From contig CAZVGK010000003.1 of the NCBI GenBank assembly GCA_964626665.1, forward strand, positions 96,001-160,000: a stretch of 64,000 nucleotides of DNA, written 5' to 3'. The stretch comes from an uncultured Gemmatimonadota bacterium (GTDB lineage Bacteria; SM23-81; DAOVCL01). A model generated the notes under the pieces. It did no database searches. It was not told the DNA's origin and worked only from the letters and a program-made list of their open reading frames with translations. A program made the translations under genes and the position numbers. Position 1 is the stretch's first letter. Each line of letters opens with the position of its first letter. This document shows, in pieces, positions 49,110 through 59,331 of this stretch.

Positions 49110-49826
49110 ATGGAACTGCGAAAAAGGTTCGGTCACTTGATTCTCCCCCGGTTAATAGTTCTCCTTTTCCCTTCCCTTTTCATTCCAGCTATTTTTCTCA
49201 TAAGTGAGGCAAAAGGCAATAGGATGATAAAGCTCCCCAAACCTAAGCTAAAGGGGGAAATCTCCTTAGAGGAAGCGATAAATCGCAGGAGTTCTGTAAG
49301 GAGCTATTCTGCAAAACCTTTGACCTTAGCTCAACTCTCCCAGCTTCTCTGGGCCGCTTGTGGCCAAAGATTTGATGCTGCTACCGAAGCCTCCCGCACC
49401 ATACCCTCGGCTGGTGCTCTCTATCCCTTGGAGATCTTCATTCTGGTTGGAAAGGTGGAAGATCTGAGTAAGGGCTTCTACCAATATCACCACATTGATC
49501 ATTCCCTTGAGCTTCTCAAGAAAGAAGATCTTAGGGAGGTGCTTTCCAGCTCAGCTTGGGGACAGGACTTTCTGGCCCAGGCTCCAGTTGACCTGATTGT
49601 GGCCGCTGAGCCTTCCCGCACTACAGATGTCTACGGGAAAAAGGGGGAAAGGTATATCCAGATAGAGGTCGGCCACTTGGCCCAGAATGTTTACCTGCAA
49701 GCAGAGGCCCTGGGCCTTTCCACCTGCGCGGTGGGGGCCTTCGATGACGATGAAGTGGCCCGAATTTTAGGGTTTGAAAAGAACCTTATCCCCCTCTATA
49801 TCCTCCCCCTGGGTCATCGTAGGTAA
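49110..49826 (+). CDS. SagB/ThcOx-family nitroreductase-fold dehydrogenase (alternative start 49224)
   Basis: I.LP.P, RSSVRSY, RTIPSAGALYPLE, E.GH.AQN, GAFDD. Confidence 0.88.
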   Translation: MELRKRFGHLILPRLIVLLFPSLFIPAIFLISEAKGNRMIKLPKPKLKGEISLEEAINRRSSVRSYSAKPLTLAQLSQLLWAACGQRFDAATEASRTIPSAGALYPLEIFILVGKVEDLSKGFYQYHHIDHSLELLKKEDLREVLSSSAWGQDFLAQAPVDLIVAAEPSRTTDVYGKKGERYIQIEVGHLAQNVYLQAEALGLSTCAVGAFDDDEVARILGFEKNLIPLYILPLGHRR

Positions 49827-49858
49827 GTAACATAGAGGCACCCTTAGCAGTAACAATT

Positions 49859-50317
49859 CACCACGGAATTACCTGGCGCGGCAAAGCCGCAACCAAACAA
49901 GGGCCACAGATTACACGGATTTCACTGACAGAAAAAACTACTATCGGAGGTCGTCGCTGATCACCTACTGCGGGTAGGGGCTTGATTTATCAAGCCCGTT
50001 CGGGTCGCATAAATGCGACCCCTACACTTCTACCCGGCTTTAGCCCTATCTTTTCAACCTACGGGCCTGAAGGCCCAGGGATAACCAGCATAAACTTCAT
50101 TTTTAATTCTCAATTCTTGCAAAGGGAGGAGATATTCGGAAAGATTTTTCTCTAATCTGTGGAAATCTTTGCATATCTGCGGTTTATATGTGTATTGTAA
50201 TTCTTATCTCTTTTCCCGTGTAATTCCGTGAATTTCCGTGGTAAATTATCCATTCGTGTAGATTCGTCTATTCGTGTCATTCGTGTTCTATCAGTGAAAT
50301 CTGTGGAATTCCGTGGT
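49859..50317. repeat. Nested repeat mosaic including a GTAG REP doublet (49974-50025)
   Basis: Outer ACCACGGAATT/AATTCCGTGGT arms; GTAGGGGCTTGATTTATCAAGCCC + GGGTCGCATAAATGCGACCCCTAC; reversed CCACGG element. Confidence 0.8.
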
Positions 50318-50342
50318 AAACCAGAAGCCTCGCTAAGCTGAT

Positions 50343-51320
50343 ATGTTTAAATTTCCCAAACCAAAAGTAGGCCTGGCCCTGGGCGGGGGTGGCGCCAGGG
50401 GACTGGCCCATATAGGGGTTTTGAAGGTCCTGCAAAGGGAAGGGATACCGATCGATGCGCTGGCCGGGACCAGTATGGGGGCCATAGTGGGAGGTGCCTT
50501 TGCTCTCAAGCCAGATGCAAACTATCTTGCCCAGCAGGCAGTAGATATCCTCCAGGATAAGGGCATACTAAACCTGGACAAGGTCTCTGTAAGATCCATC
50601 CCCAAACGCAGGAGGCTCGTGGTAAAGAGGCTCATCTCCTTCATCAAGGAGATTTACCTGATAAACTTGGAGGCCACCAAAAGATGGCTTGTAGATGGGG
50701 AGAAGATAAGACCCCTGTTGGAGACAGTGGTTGGAGAGAAAACTTTTTCCGACTTGCACCTTCCCTATCTGGCCGTGGTTACCGACCTCAGAACAGGAGA
50801 GGAAATCTGGCTTGGAGAGGGGGAACTCTCCGATGCACTCCTGGCCAGCGCGGCCATCCCCGGGATATTTCCCCCTTTGGAAAAAGGTAACCGGCTTCTG
50901 GTTGATGGAGGGGTAACCAGTTTGGTGCCGGTGGATGCAGTCCACAGCTTGGGGGTTGATCTGGTAATCGGGGTCAATGTAGAGGGAGATATATATAGGC
51001 AGGATTTCCCCCATGGGATAGACATCCTCTACCAGGCCGATGATATACGGGGGCATGAGCTAACCAAATCCAAGCTCGCTCAGGCCGACCTAATCATCAG
51101 ACCAAAGCTAAAGGGCATCAATTGGTCCCACTTCGCCAAGGTGGAGCTCTGCATCCAAAAGGGGGAAGAGGCCACTTATAGATCCCTGCCGGAAATCAGG
51201 ATGAAGCTAAAGGCCAAGGCCAGGGCACTAATTTTTAAGAAGCTCTTTGTTAGGAAGGCAAAAGGGAAATTGCCCTATCGACAGGTCAGGAAAACACCCC
51301 AAGCCATAACAAAAAAATGA
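50343..51320 (+). CDS. Patatin-like phospholipase
   Basis: GGGGARG, GTSMG, DGG. Confidence 0.93.
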   Translation: MFKFPKPKVGLALGGGGARGLAHIGVLKVLQREGIPIDALAGTSMGAIVGGAFALKPDANYLAQQAVDILQDKGILNLDKVSVRSIPKRRRLVVKRLISFIKEIYLINLEATKRWLVDGEKIRPLLETVVGEKTFSDLHLPYLAVVTDLRTGEEIWLGEGELSDALLASAAIPGIFPPLEKGNRLLVDGGVTSLVPVDAVHSLGVDLVIGVNVEGDIYRQDFPHGIDILYQADDIRGHELTKSKLAQADLIIRPKLKGINWSHFAKVELCIQKGEEATYRSLPEIRMKLKAKARALIFKKLFVRKAKGKLPYRQVRKTPQAITKK

Positions 51321-51364
51321 GAGAATCTAGAATATAATTGCTTTTCCGATCTGCAAAAAAAAAC

Positions 51365-51393
51365 TTGACAAACCGCTTGTGAGGTAGTATATT
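51365..51393 (+). promoter_or_regulatory. Putative sigma70 promoter
   Basis: TTGACA-17-TATATT. Confidence 0.65.
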
Positions 51394-51491
51394 TGAGAGG
51401 AATTGTATTTTTTGAAGGAGGATGGGAAATTGCCCAAAGCCACGGCTTTGATCCGATACACCATAAGAAGTCTTATGAGCTTTCTTTCATA

Positions 51492-51535
51492 AGGCTGAGC
51501 AGGAAATTTTTTTATCCTTAGCTCAGTCTTTTTTT
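51492..51535 (+). terminator. Intrinsic terminator
   Basis: AGGCTGAGC...GCTCAGTCT stem followed by a T run. Confidence 0.65.
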
Positions 51536-51730
51536 GTTTTTATCCCAAATTATGCGATAGGGTGATCGTCACAAGATATTCAAAATGAAGAGCTCACAAA
51601 AATTAAGTTTAAACTCCTCTATCGTCTGAAAGATGAAAGTTTATACTCTGGAAGATACTTATTTAATCTGTACTACGATCTTGCAAGAACTTGTTTTTTG
51701 GACAAAGTTAAAGCCCATTGAGCACAAAAT

Positions 51731-51855
51731 TTCTACCGCACTTTAGTACAGTTTGCTATGGAGTGCGTCAACTCCTGTTGACGTATGCTGTGACACGGTC
51801 ACAGCACTCCAAACGGGTTAAACCCCTATCAACCCTCAGCTAAAGCCGGGTAGAA
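51731..51855 (-). repeat. TTCTACC...GGTAGAA composite palindromic element (reversed)
   Basis: Reverse complement of 48762-48938 type. Confidence 0.8.
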
Positions 51856-52404
51856 GAAGTCCTGAACGTTGAGTAGTTTTTTTGGTCTGTGTAATCCGTG
51901 TAATCTGTGGCTCTTGTCTGGTTGCGGCTTTGCCGCGCTATGAAAATCTACACTACAATTTTGCAAGATCTTGTTTTTTTAACAAAGTTTTCCTTAGCAA
52001 CCGCAAAGCTACTAAGATCGCAGAGGAGATAAAAAGCAAAAGAGAGATGAAATCTACCGAGCCGTCAGAACCCCAATTCTGAGGGTAATCTCTATTTTCT
52101 TTCGGGGTTACTCCGTGTTTATCCGTGGTGAATCTTTTTCTTTAAACTTTGCGTCCTTTGCGACTTTGCGGTGAATTATTTGGTTGCGGCTTCGCCGCAC
52201 TGGGTTCATCTGTGGTTATAGCATATTTTGGGTTTATATATCGTTCTCCCCTGGCGAGGAGAAACGAGGACAAAGAAAATGGAAAGGAGGTGATGCAACA
52301 AACAGAATCGCCAGAACCTTTATCCCAAAAGGGGGGTGATAACATATGTTGGTGGACTGTTGCTCGTGAACTATTCATAAATTTCAATTTGAAGGAGAAA
52401 GAAA

Positions 52405-55400
52405 ATGAATAAGTCAAAATTTGTTTGGCTGTTGGCTTTGGCGGGGGTTATTTTCTCCCTGGTGATGGCCACCAGCACAGCTCTTGCTGACTGGTATCCT
52501 GGCGATCCTTACAAAATGCATTTTCCGCAACTACCGGATGAGGCTGGATGGGATGTGAATGCGACCCAGCCTGTAGTCCTGGCAGACGACTGGGGGTGTA
52601 TAGAAAGCGGCTGGGTCAAGGACATCCACTTCTGGGGCTCGTGGATGGAGGGCTTTACAGGCGAGATTACCAGCTTCGTCCTGAGCATTCACGATAATGT
52701 TCCCGGTCCGCCCAGTACGCCGGGCCAGACACTCTGGGAGTGGGAAGTACCCTTCGATTCGGTCATAGCTGTTCCATTCACCTCGCCAGAATGGGAAGGG
52801 TGGTATGATCCACCTTCTGGTATGTGGGCCCCTTCAGACCATAACACGTACTACCAGTACAATGTCTTTCTCCCAGAAGCAGAATGGTTCTGGCAGGAAG
52901 AAGGAACCATCTACTGGCTAAATATCTCAGCAATCGTTGCGGATCAACCTGGGGGGCAATGGGGCTGGAAGTCGTCAATTCAGCACTTTGAGGATGATGC
53001 ATGTTGGGCCTTCTGGGGTGAATTGAATTGGATAGACATCTGGGAGCCGCCGGATTTCATACAGTCCCTCGACCTGGCTTTTGTAATCACCGGAGGGGTT
53101 GAGCTTGACTACGGCGATTGTCCAGATCCAACCTATCCAACCCTGCTGGCCAGTGATGGTGCCAGACATATCATCGCACCGGGCGTCTTTTTGGGTGCCA
53201 GTATCGATCCTGAAACTGATGGTCAACCATCGGCGGATGCACTGGGTGATGATAACAATCCACCTATAGGACCTGATGATGAAGATGGTGTAGTATTCAC
53301 ATCCCTTGTGATCCAAGGTCAACCAGCAACCGTCAAGGTTACAGCATCAGTAGCCGGATCCCTCGATGCCTGGATCGACTTCAATGGTGATGGTAACTGG
53401 GCTGACGCTGGTGAACAGATATTCAATACCACACCACTAGTTGCCGGGGTCAACAACCTGAACTTTACTGTGCCTACGGTTGCTCAAGTTGGCACAACCT
53501 ACAGTCGCTTCCGGTTCAGCACTGCAGGTGGTCTCAGTTACACAGGACAAGCTTCTGACGGTGAAGTGGAGGATTACACGGTGGATATAGAGGAAAAACC
53601 GGAACCTGGGATTGGCTGGTGGTTTAAGTCCTGCTATCCCGACTATGCTCCATCGGGTATGCCTGACTTCGACCAGAAACAGGATAGCTGGGACTATCCC
53701 ACGGGAAGTGGAAATTGGACCTACTGTGGCCCTACGGCCGTAGCCAACTGCTTCTGGTGGGTGGACTCCCGGTTTGAGGCCTTCTTTGGCCCTGGTGGGG
53801 GCATACCAGGTGATGGTGCTGATACCTTCCCCTTGGTGCGGGACTACAACGAGCCCCCTCCGGTGGATCCAACCCAGCCTTTACCAAACACCGACGACCA
53901 TGGTTTCGAAAATGTAGACGATCTGCAGACGCCTCCACCACCAATTGCCGGACCTCCACCACCTCTACCACCATTCCCCGGACTACCTGTCACCGGTGCA
54001 GAGTTAGTTGAACGGCTGGCCTGGTATATGAATACAGACGGAATGCAAACTGGCTTCGACCACCAGGGAACCTATCAAATTGATATGGGGATGGGCATTG
54101 ATCAATGGATATATGAGCAGGAGCTGGATACACTCCTCTACGAGCACACTGAGGAAATGCCAACCTTCGCCTGGATCGATACCCAAGTCCACAAGAGCCA
54201 GGATGTGATTTTGCTTCTGGGATTCTGGTGGTTCGACGGGGAAACTTGGTGGCGTCATGGAGGACACTATGTCACCGTGGCCGGAGTAAACTCCCAGCAG
54301 TGGATGCTGGCCTTCAGCGACCCCTTCCTCGATCTGGCTGAAGCTGGCTTTGCTGGTTGCATCCATAACTCCGCCTACAAACCTCATAATCATGGCATAT
54401 ACGGACCTCAGACCCACAACGATGCCGGGAATGCCTCTCACGATTGGCATCTGATTATGTCGGATTCGCCTAGCCCAGGCGGCGTTATCTGGATTCCGGA
54501 GTACCCGTTCACCTATATGGATCTTATTTATTACTTTATGAACAAGAACTACCGCGATCCAGGTGATATGCAGTTCTTCCAGGAATGGAATCAGATGGAA
54601 CCAATCCACACAGAGATCGAGTGTGCTGTGGTCGTCTCCCCGTGGCCTGACTGGCACGATGCTCCAGCTCCCTATGATTCCGCCCATCACTCCAATTGGA
54701 CAGAGGAATGGCTGGGAGAGTCGGTGAGTGCTGATATGGCTCCGAGACTGGTGGATCGGGATACTTATGATGACGGCGTCCAGTTCTTCGATTACAAACA
54801 AGGTCAAGCAGGAAGCCTGAAGGTGACCATCTCGGTAAGAGACAGAGATGGATCTACCTGTCCGGGTCACGGCCCTCGCTATGATCCGTACCATCTGCTC
54901 TATCTCCACGGCTGGATAGACTGGAACGGCGACGGTATCTGGGATAATTTAAATGAGAACATCTTCTGCGGCCTCACATTCGACCCCTCCACCTGGACTT
55001 CGAACAGCTTTATCTATACCAGCATCTTTGATGTTCCCGGAGATGCTGCAATAGGTACCACCTGGGCCAGGTTCAGGCTGGACTACAACCAGAACCGGAA
55101 TGAACCCGCAGGTCAGGCATTCTGCGGTGAGGTGGAAGACTACCACAATGAGGTCATCGTCGTCTCTGTGCCTGGAGAACGGGGAGATCTGAGGGTTCCT
55201 CAGACCTTTGAGCTGGCTCAGAACTATCCTAACCCATTCAACCTCGAGACAGCCATCAGGTATCAGATCCCCGAGAATTGTTATGTAACCCTGGAGATCT
55301 ATAACCTACTTGGCCAAAAGGTAAGAACCCTGGTCAGTGCCGATCAAAAAGCCAACTTCTACACCACCTACTGGAATGGAAAGGATGCAGAGGGCAAAGA

Positions 55401-55479
55401 AATCTCCAGCGGAATCTACTTCTACACCTTGAAAGCTGGCAACTTTACCCAGACCAGAAAGATGGTCATCCTCAAGTAG
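52405..55479 (+). CDS. Secreted multidomain protein with two GEVED domains, putative cysteine peptidase domain and C-terminal sorting domain
   Basis: Signal peptide, KMHFPQLPD, DYGD.P..Y, WIDFNGDG, GEVEDY x2, YCGPTA...GHYVTV, AQNYPNPFN. Confidence 0.8.
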   Translation: MNKSKFVWLLALAGVIFSLVMATSTALADWYPGDPYKMHFPQLPDEAGWDVNATQPVVLADDWGCIESGWVKDIHFWGSWMEGFTGEITSFVLSIHDNVPGPPSTPGQTLWEWEVPFDSVIAVPFTSPEWEGWYDPPSGMWAPSDHNTYYQYNVFLPEAEWFWQEEGTIYWLNISAIVADQPGGQWGWKSSIQHFEDDACWAFWGELNWIDIWEPPDFIQSLDLAFVITGGVELDYGDCPDPTYPTLLASDGARHIIAPGVFLGASIDPETDGQPSADALGDDNNPPIGPDDEDGVVFTSLVIQGQPATVKVTASVAGSLDAWIDFNGDGNWADAGEQIFNTTPLVAGVNNLNFTVPTVAQVGTTYSRFRFSTAGGLSYTGQASDGEVEDYTVDIEEKPEPGIGWWFKSCYPDYAPSGMPDFDQKQDSWDYPTGSGNWTYCGPTAVANCFWWVDSRFEAFFGPGGGIPGDGADTFPLVRDYNEPPPVDPTQPLPNTDDHGFENVDDLQTPPPPIAGPPPPLPPFPGLPVTGAELVERLAWYMNTDGMQTGFDHQGTYQIDMGMGIDQWIYEQELDTLLYEHTEEMPTFAWIDTQVHKSQDVILLLGFWWFDGETWWRHGGHYVTVAGVNSQQWMLAFSDPFLDLAEAGFAGCIHNSAYKPHNHGIYGPQTHNDAGNASHDWHLIMSDSPSPGGVIWIPEYPFTYMDLIYYFMNKNYRDPGDMQFFQEWNQMEPIHTEIECAVVVSPWPDWHDAPAPYDSAHHSNWTEEWLGESVSADMAPRLVDRDTYDDGVQFFDYKQGQAGSLKVTISVRDRDGSTCPGHGPRYDPYHLLYLHGWIDWNGDGIWDNLNENIFCGLTFDPSTWTSNSFIYTSIFDVPGDAAIGTTWARFRLDYNQNRNEPAGQAFCGEVEDYHNEVIVVSVPGERGDLRVPQTFELAQNYPNPFNLETAIRYQIPENCYVTLEIYNLLGQKVRTLVSADQKANFYTTYWNGKDAEGKEISSGIYFYTLKAGNFTQTRKMVILK

Positions 55480-55495
55480 TAGTAGAGGTCTACCA

Positions 55496-55530
55496 AAAGA
55501 GGGAGAGGATACTATCCTCTCCCTCTTTTC
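55496..55530 (+). terminator. Intrinsic terminator
   Basis: AAAAGAGGGAGAGGAT/ATCCTCTCCCTCTTTT perfect stem. Confidence 0.75.
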
Positions 55531-55691
55531 TTTAGGGAAAGGTGATTTCATCGAGCCGTCAGATGCCCTCATCTGACGGCAAGAAGCGAGGTGACAGAAG
55601 CGGGGTCCTGCCACATCGCTTTGGGAAGCTTATTTATCCTCAGAAGCTTTGGGAGGACAAACCAGATTCACCAAAAATAGAGGTGATAAAA

Positions 55692-58600
55692 ATGGAAAGA
55701 TACCACAAACTATCCATAGGATTCTTAGTGTTGATAATTTTAGCCCTTCTAGTACCTAGCCTAAAAGCAGAGAACTTGACCATAACGCTCAATGCCGGTG
55801 AGTATGAGATTATCAATGTGGATAAAGGCCAGCAGATTATAACGATGGAGGGATTTGGCAATCTGCTCGTCCCCGGTAAGCCTAAGTTGCCAATGAAAGT
55901 CTTTACCATTACTTTGCCTCCAGGGGCTGAGGTCTCCTCGGTTGAGTTCTTTGGAGGCCAGTCCAGGGAACTGACGGGAACCTATAGGATCAAGCCAGTT
56001 CCACCGATGCTCCCAATGGACCATATCCAGGGCTTAACACAGAAGTGTTTAAACGAATACCGCAAGAACTATGAGGAGACCTATGAATCTGATGCGGCGT
56101 ATCCTTCCCGTGGGGGAGAATACATCGGCTTTGGGGCTTTAAGGAGATATCCCTTGGTGAGAGTTGCCTTTTATCCTTTCTCCTATTCACCCAAATCGGG
56201 AAGGCTTACCTACCGGAGCTCGTTGGCTGTTTCCGTAAACTATTCCCTTCCACTAAAGGGCAGTCAGCAGGAGAAGGAGGCCAAAAGGTTAGCCTCTGAT
56301 ACCCTGGCTGAAAGGTTGGCCTCCAGGCTATTTGTTAATTACCCTCAGACAAAAGAGTGGTACTATCTCCCTTCTTCCCAGCAAGGTTTTAAGAGCACCT
56401 ACGATTATGTGATCATCACCACCGAGGCTTTGGAGAGCTCGGTCGATACCTTAGTGGCCTGGAAAGGGGGAATAGGATATGGAGTAAAAGTCGTTACTAC
56501 TTCCTGGATATCAACCTACTATACCGAAGGCGACTTGGCCGAGAGGATAAAAAATTTCCTCATCGACCAGTATCCTCAGTCCCAGTGGGGGATAAAGTAT
56601 GTGCTGTTTGTGGGAGATGTCACGGAGGTGCCGATGCGGCAATGTTTCCCCTATCCCTCTGAGCATGATTCCGCTGGCTGGTATTCCCCCTGGACTGACT
56701 ATTACTACGCCGATCTCACCGGAGACTGGGACTCTGACGGCGACGGCTACTATGGCGAAGTCGGAGAGGACAACTTTGACCTGATCCCGGAGATAACACC
56801 GGGGAGAATCCCCTGGGGAAATCCAGCGACAGTGCAGGAAATCTGCGAAAAGCTGGTGAAGTTTGAATCAGACGGCGGGGGTTGGAAAGATGACGCCCTG
56901 CTCTTGGCGGCCATAACCTGGTACGGAAACGAAAACGGAGGTGGCAACCCTAAGACCGATGGCGCCTGTCTGATGGAGGAGATGATATCAGACATCCTTC
57001 CTCCAACCTCCAGCTACATTCGCCTTTACGAGGATGCAGGACTGGATCCTTCATCCCATCCTCATGAGGACTCCCTCTGCACCTCAAATGTAGTCTCCTA
57101 TTTCAACTCCGGTCACTATGGGATATGTAACTGGTCCGGCCATGGCAACTGGTATGGCTCCTATCGGAGGGTTTGGAGCTGGGACGATGGCGATGGGGTG
57201 CCGGAATCATCCGGCGACAGCGCGGAGTTCCACAGCACTCCCTTCATCTCCACTGATCAAGTTCCCCTGCTGGATGATAACTACCCATCTATCATCTTCG
57301 GCTCTTCCTGCTCGAACGGGGTGCCTGAGGAGGACAACATCGGCAAGGAGTTGCTGAAAAACGGCTCTGTGGGAATCACGGTAGCCACCAGAGTTGCCTT
57401 TGGGGCTGGGGGCTGGGATGATGAAACCGACGGAGGTTGTAACTCCCTGGACTACTGGTTCTATCACTATCTGATCAACAACTCGGAAAAGGTGGGGGAT
57501 GCCTTGATGAGTGCTAAACTTCACTACCTTGATTATTTTGGGAATACTGACCTCCAGAATGTCTATGAGTTCACCCTGTATGGGGAGCCCGGTTTGTGCA
57601 GAAAGGCAGATGGGCTCTATTCTCTTTCTCAAACAATAGATGATGACAACATCGGCCAAAGTGATGGGGATGGAGACGGAGAGCTGGATGCCGGGGAGAC
57701 AATAGAGATGGGGATGGTCTTGGAGAATATGAGTAGTCAGAGTCTAACCCAGATATCGGCTACTCTTTCCAGCCAGGATACGCTAATAAGTTTTCTGACT
57801 GATAGTGTTAATTTCCCAGATGCCTCCCCCTGGTCAAGAGTAACCGGATCTGAGCCCTTTGTCCTTTCCCTGTCCGGCGGTTGCCCTTCTAATCATAGAG
57901 TGGGTTTAGAATTAGATGTTACTGCCAGTGGAGGTTTTTCACGCCACCAGACCATAGAGCTGGAGACAAAGGCCCCTGAATTGGTCTACGATTCCTATAC
58001 GATCAGCGATACCGCTTCAGGGGATGGAGACGAAAATGCCGATCCAGGGGAGACAGTGCAGCTTTACACCAAGCTCTTAAACCGAGGGACAGGAGATCTG
58101 GCTTCCTTCTGGGCGAAGCTTTCCAGCAGTGATCCCTGGGTGCGTATCTTAGCAGATAGCACAGGCTACCAAACGGCTCTTCCTGGCAGCACGGTTTCCT
58201 CTTCCCTTCCTTTTGAGTTCTCTGTAGCCCAAGCCTGTTCAATCGATCCATATATAGTATGCTTCGATTTGCAGATAGAAGGTGAAAGGGGATATAAGAG
58301 GACCGCCAGTTTTAATACCTCGGTTGGCGACAGCGTAGGCTATTTAGACCATATGGAACATTGGTGGAGGCAGGATTGGATGCACTACTCAATCACCTCA
58401 GGTTACAAAGATGAATGGCATTTGAGCACCCAGAGAAACCATACTTCTGGAGGGAACCGCAGTTGGAAATGCGGCCAAGCATCCGGCGGCTATTCCGACC
58501 TTGATGATGCGGGGCTTGTATCTCCAGAGGTGAGGCTTGGTCAGGGGGCAAAGCTATACTTTTGGCACTGGATTAGTGCCGAAAATGAGGGGGCTACTGA

Positions 58601-59210
58601 GGCCTGGGACGGAGGTATTGTAGAGATAGACAGTGGAAACGGTTGGCAGCAGATAACCCCAATTGGCGGCTATCCCTATACGATCATAGACAATCCGGCA
58701 AGCCCATTTGCCCCTGGCACCCCCTGCTTCTCCGGTCAATATGACTGGTCCAAAGCCGAATTCGATCTCTCAGGCTACTCGGGAACGATAAGGTTTCGTT
58801 TTAGGTTCGGATCAGACGGCTATGTCACCCGCTCAGGCTGGTTCATTGACGATTTTGAAGTTACCCCCTGGACAGGAGTAAAGGTTGAAGAAACTCCTTC
58901 CAGCGAAAAACTTCCCCAGGAGTTTTCCCTCTCCCAGAACTACCCTAATCCTTTTAACTCTACTACCCTCATCCGCTATGCCCTTCCGGCTGTCAGCGGT
59001 GCCGTTCCGAGCACAGGTCAGCAGTCAGCAGTCAGGCTGGAGATATTCAACATCCTGGGACAGAAGGTAGCCACTTTAGTGGATGAGAAGCAAACTCTTG
59101 GATATAAGGCAGTAACCTGGACTGCCCAAAATCTGGCTTCGGGTATCTACTTTTACCAGCTGAGGGCAGGTGAGTTTACGGCCATCAGGAAAATGGTGTT
59201 GCTCAGGTAA
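55692..59210 (+). CDS. Peptidase C25 (gingipain-like) with propeptide and C-terminal sorting domain
   Basis: GAGGTG RBS, signal peptide, PG.P.LP propeptide, YVLFVGD, TDYYYADL, GRIP, catalytic GHG and SC, SQNYPNPFN. Confidence 0.88.
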   Translation: MERYHKLSIGFLVLIILALLVPSLKAENLTITLNAGEYEIINVDKGQQIITMEGFGNLLVPGKPKLPMKVFTITLPPGAEVSSVEFFGGQSRELTGTYRIKPVPPMLPMDHIQGLTQKCLNEYRKNYEETYESDAAYPSRGGEYIGFGALRRYPLVRVAFYPFSYSPKSGRLTYRSSLAVSVNYSLPLKGSQQEKEAKRLASDTLAERLASRLFVNYPQTKEWYYLPSSQQGFKSTYDYVIITTEALESSVDTLVAWKGGIGYGVKVVTTSWISTYYTEGDLAERIKNFLIDQYPQSQWGIKYVLFVGDVTEVPMRQCFPYPSEHDSAGWYSPWTDYYYADLTGDWDSDGDGYYGEVGEDNFDLIPEITPGRIPWGNPATVQEICEKLVKFESDGGGWKDDALLLAAITWYGNENGGGNPKTDGACLMEEMISDILPPTSSYIRLYEDAGLDPSSHPHEDSLCTSNVVSYFNSGHYGICNWSGHGNWYGSYRRVWSWDDGDGVPESSGDSAEFHSTPFISTDQVPLLDDNYPSIIFGSSCSNGVPEEDNIGKELLKNGSVGITVATRVAFGAGGWDDETDGGCNSLDYWFYHYLINNSEKVGDALMSAKLHYLDYFGNTDLQNVYEFTLYGEPGLCRKADGLYSLSQTIDDDNIGQSDGDGDGELDAGETIEMGMVLENMSSQSLTQISATLSSQDTLISFLTDSVNFPDASPWSRVTGSEPFVLSLSGGCPSNHRVGLELDVTASGGFSRHQTIELETKAPELVYDSYTISDTASGDGDENADPGETVQLYTKLLNRGTGDLASFWAKLSSSDPWVRILADSTGYQTALPGSTVSSSLPFEFSVAQACSIDPYIVCFDLQIEGERGYKRTASFNTSVGDSVGYLDHMEHWWRQDWMHYSITSGYKDEWHLSTQRNHTSGGNRSWKCGQASGGYSDLDDAGLVSPEVRLGQGAKLYFWHWISAENEGATEAWDGGIVEIDSGNGWQQITPIGGYPYTIIDNPASPFAPGTPCFSGQYDWSKAEFDLSGYSGTIRFRFRFGSDGYVTRSGWFIDDFEVTPWTGVKVEETPSSEKLPQEFSLSQNYPNPFNSTTLIRYALPAVSGAVPSTGQQSAVRLEIFNILGQKVATLVDEKQTLGYKAVTWTAQNLASGIYFYQLRAGEFTAIRKMVLLR

Positions 59211-59331
59211 CAATTGTAAGGGAAAATATGGGGGAGCCAAAGAAAGCTCGAACATCCCCCCACAGACTGGGAGGATAGCAAGAACTAAATTCTCGTGCTC
59301 CAGTGCGGAAAAATTAAAAATGGGGGTAAAA

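Noticed and set aside
51420-51480. c-di-GMP-I riboswitch (AAAGCCACGG resemblance)
   Set aside because: First hairpin (GGCAAAC..GAAA..GACGC) is absent
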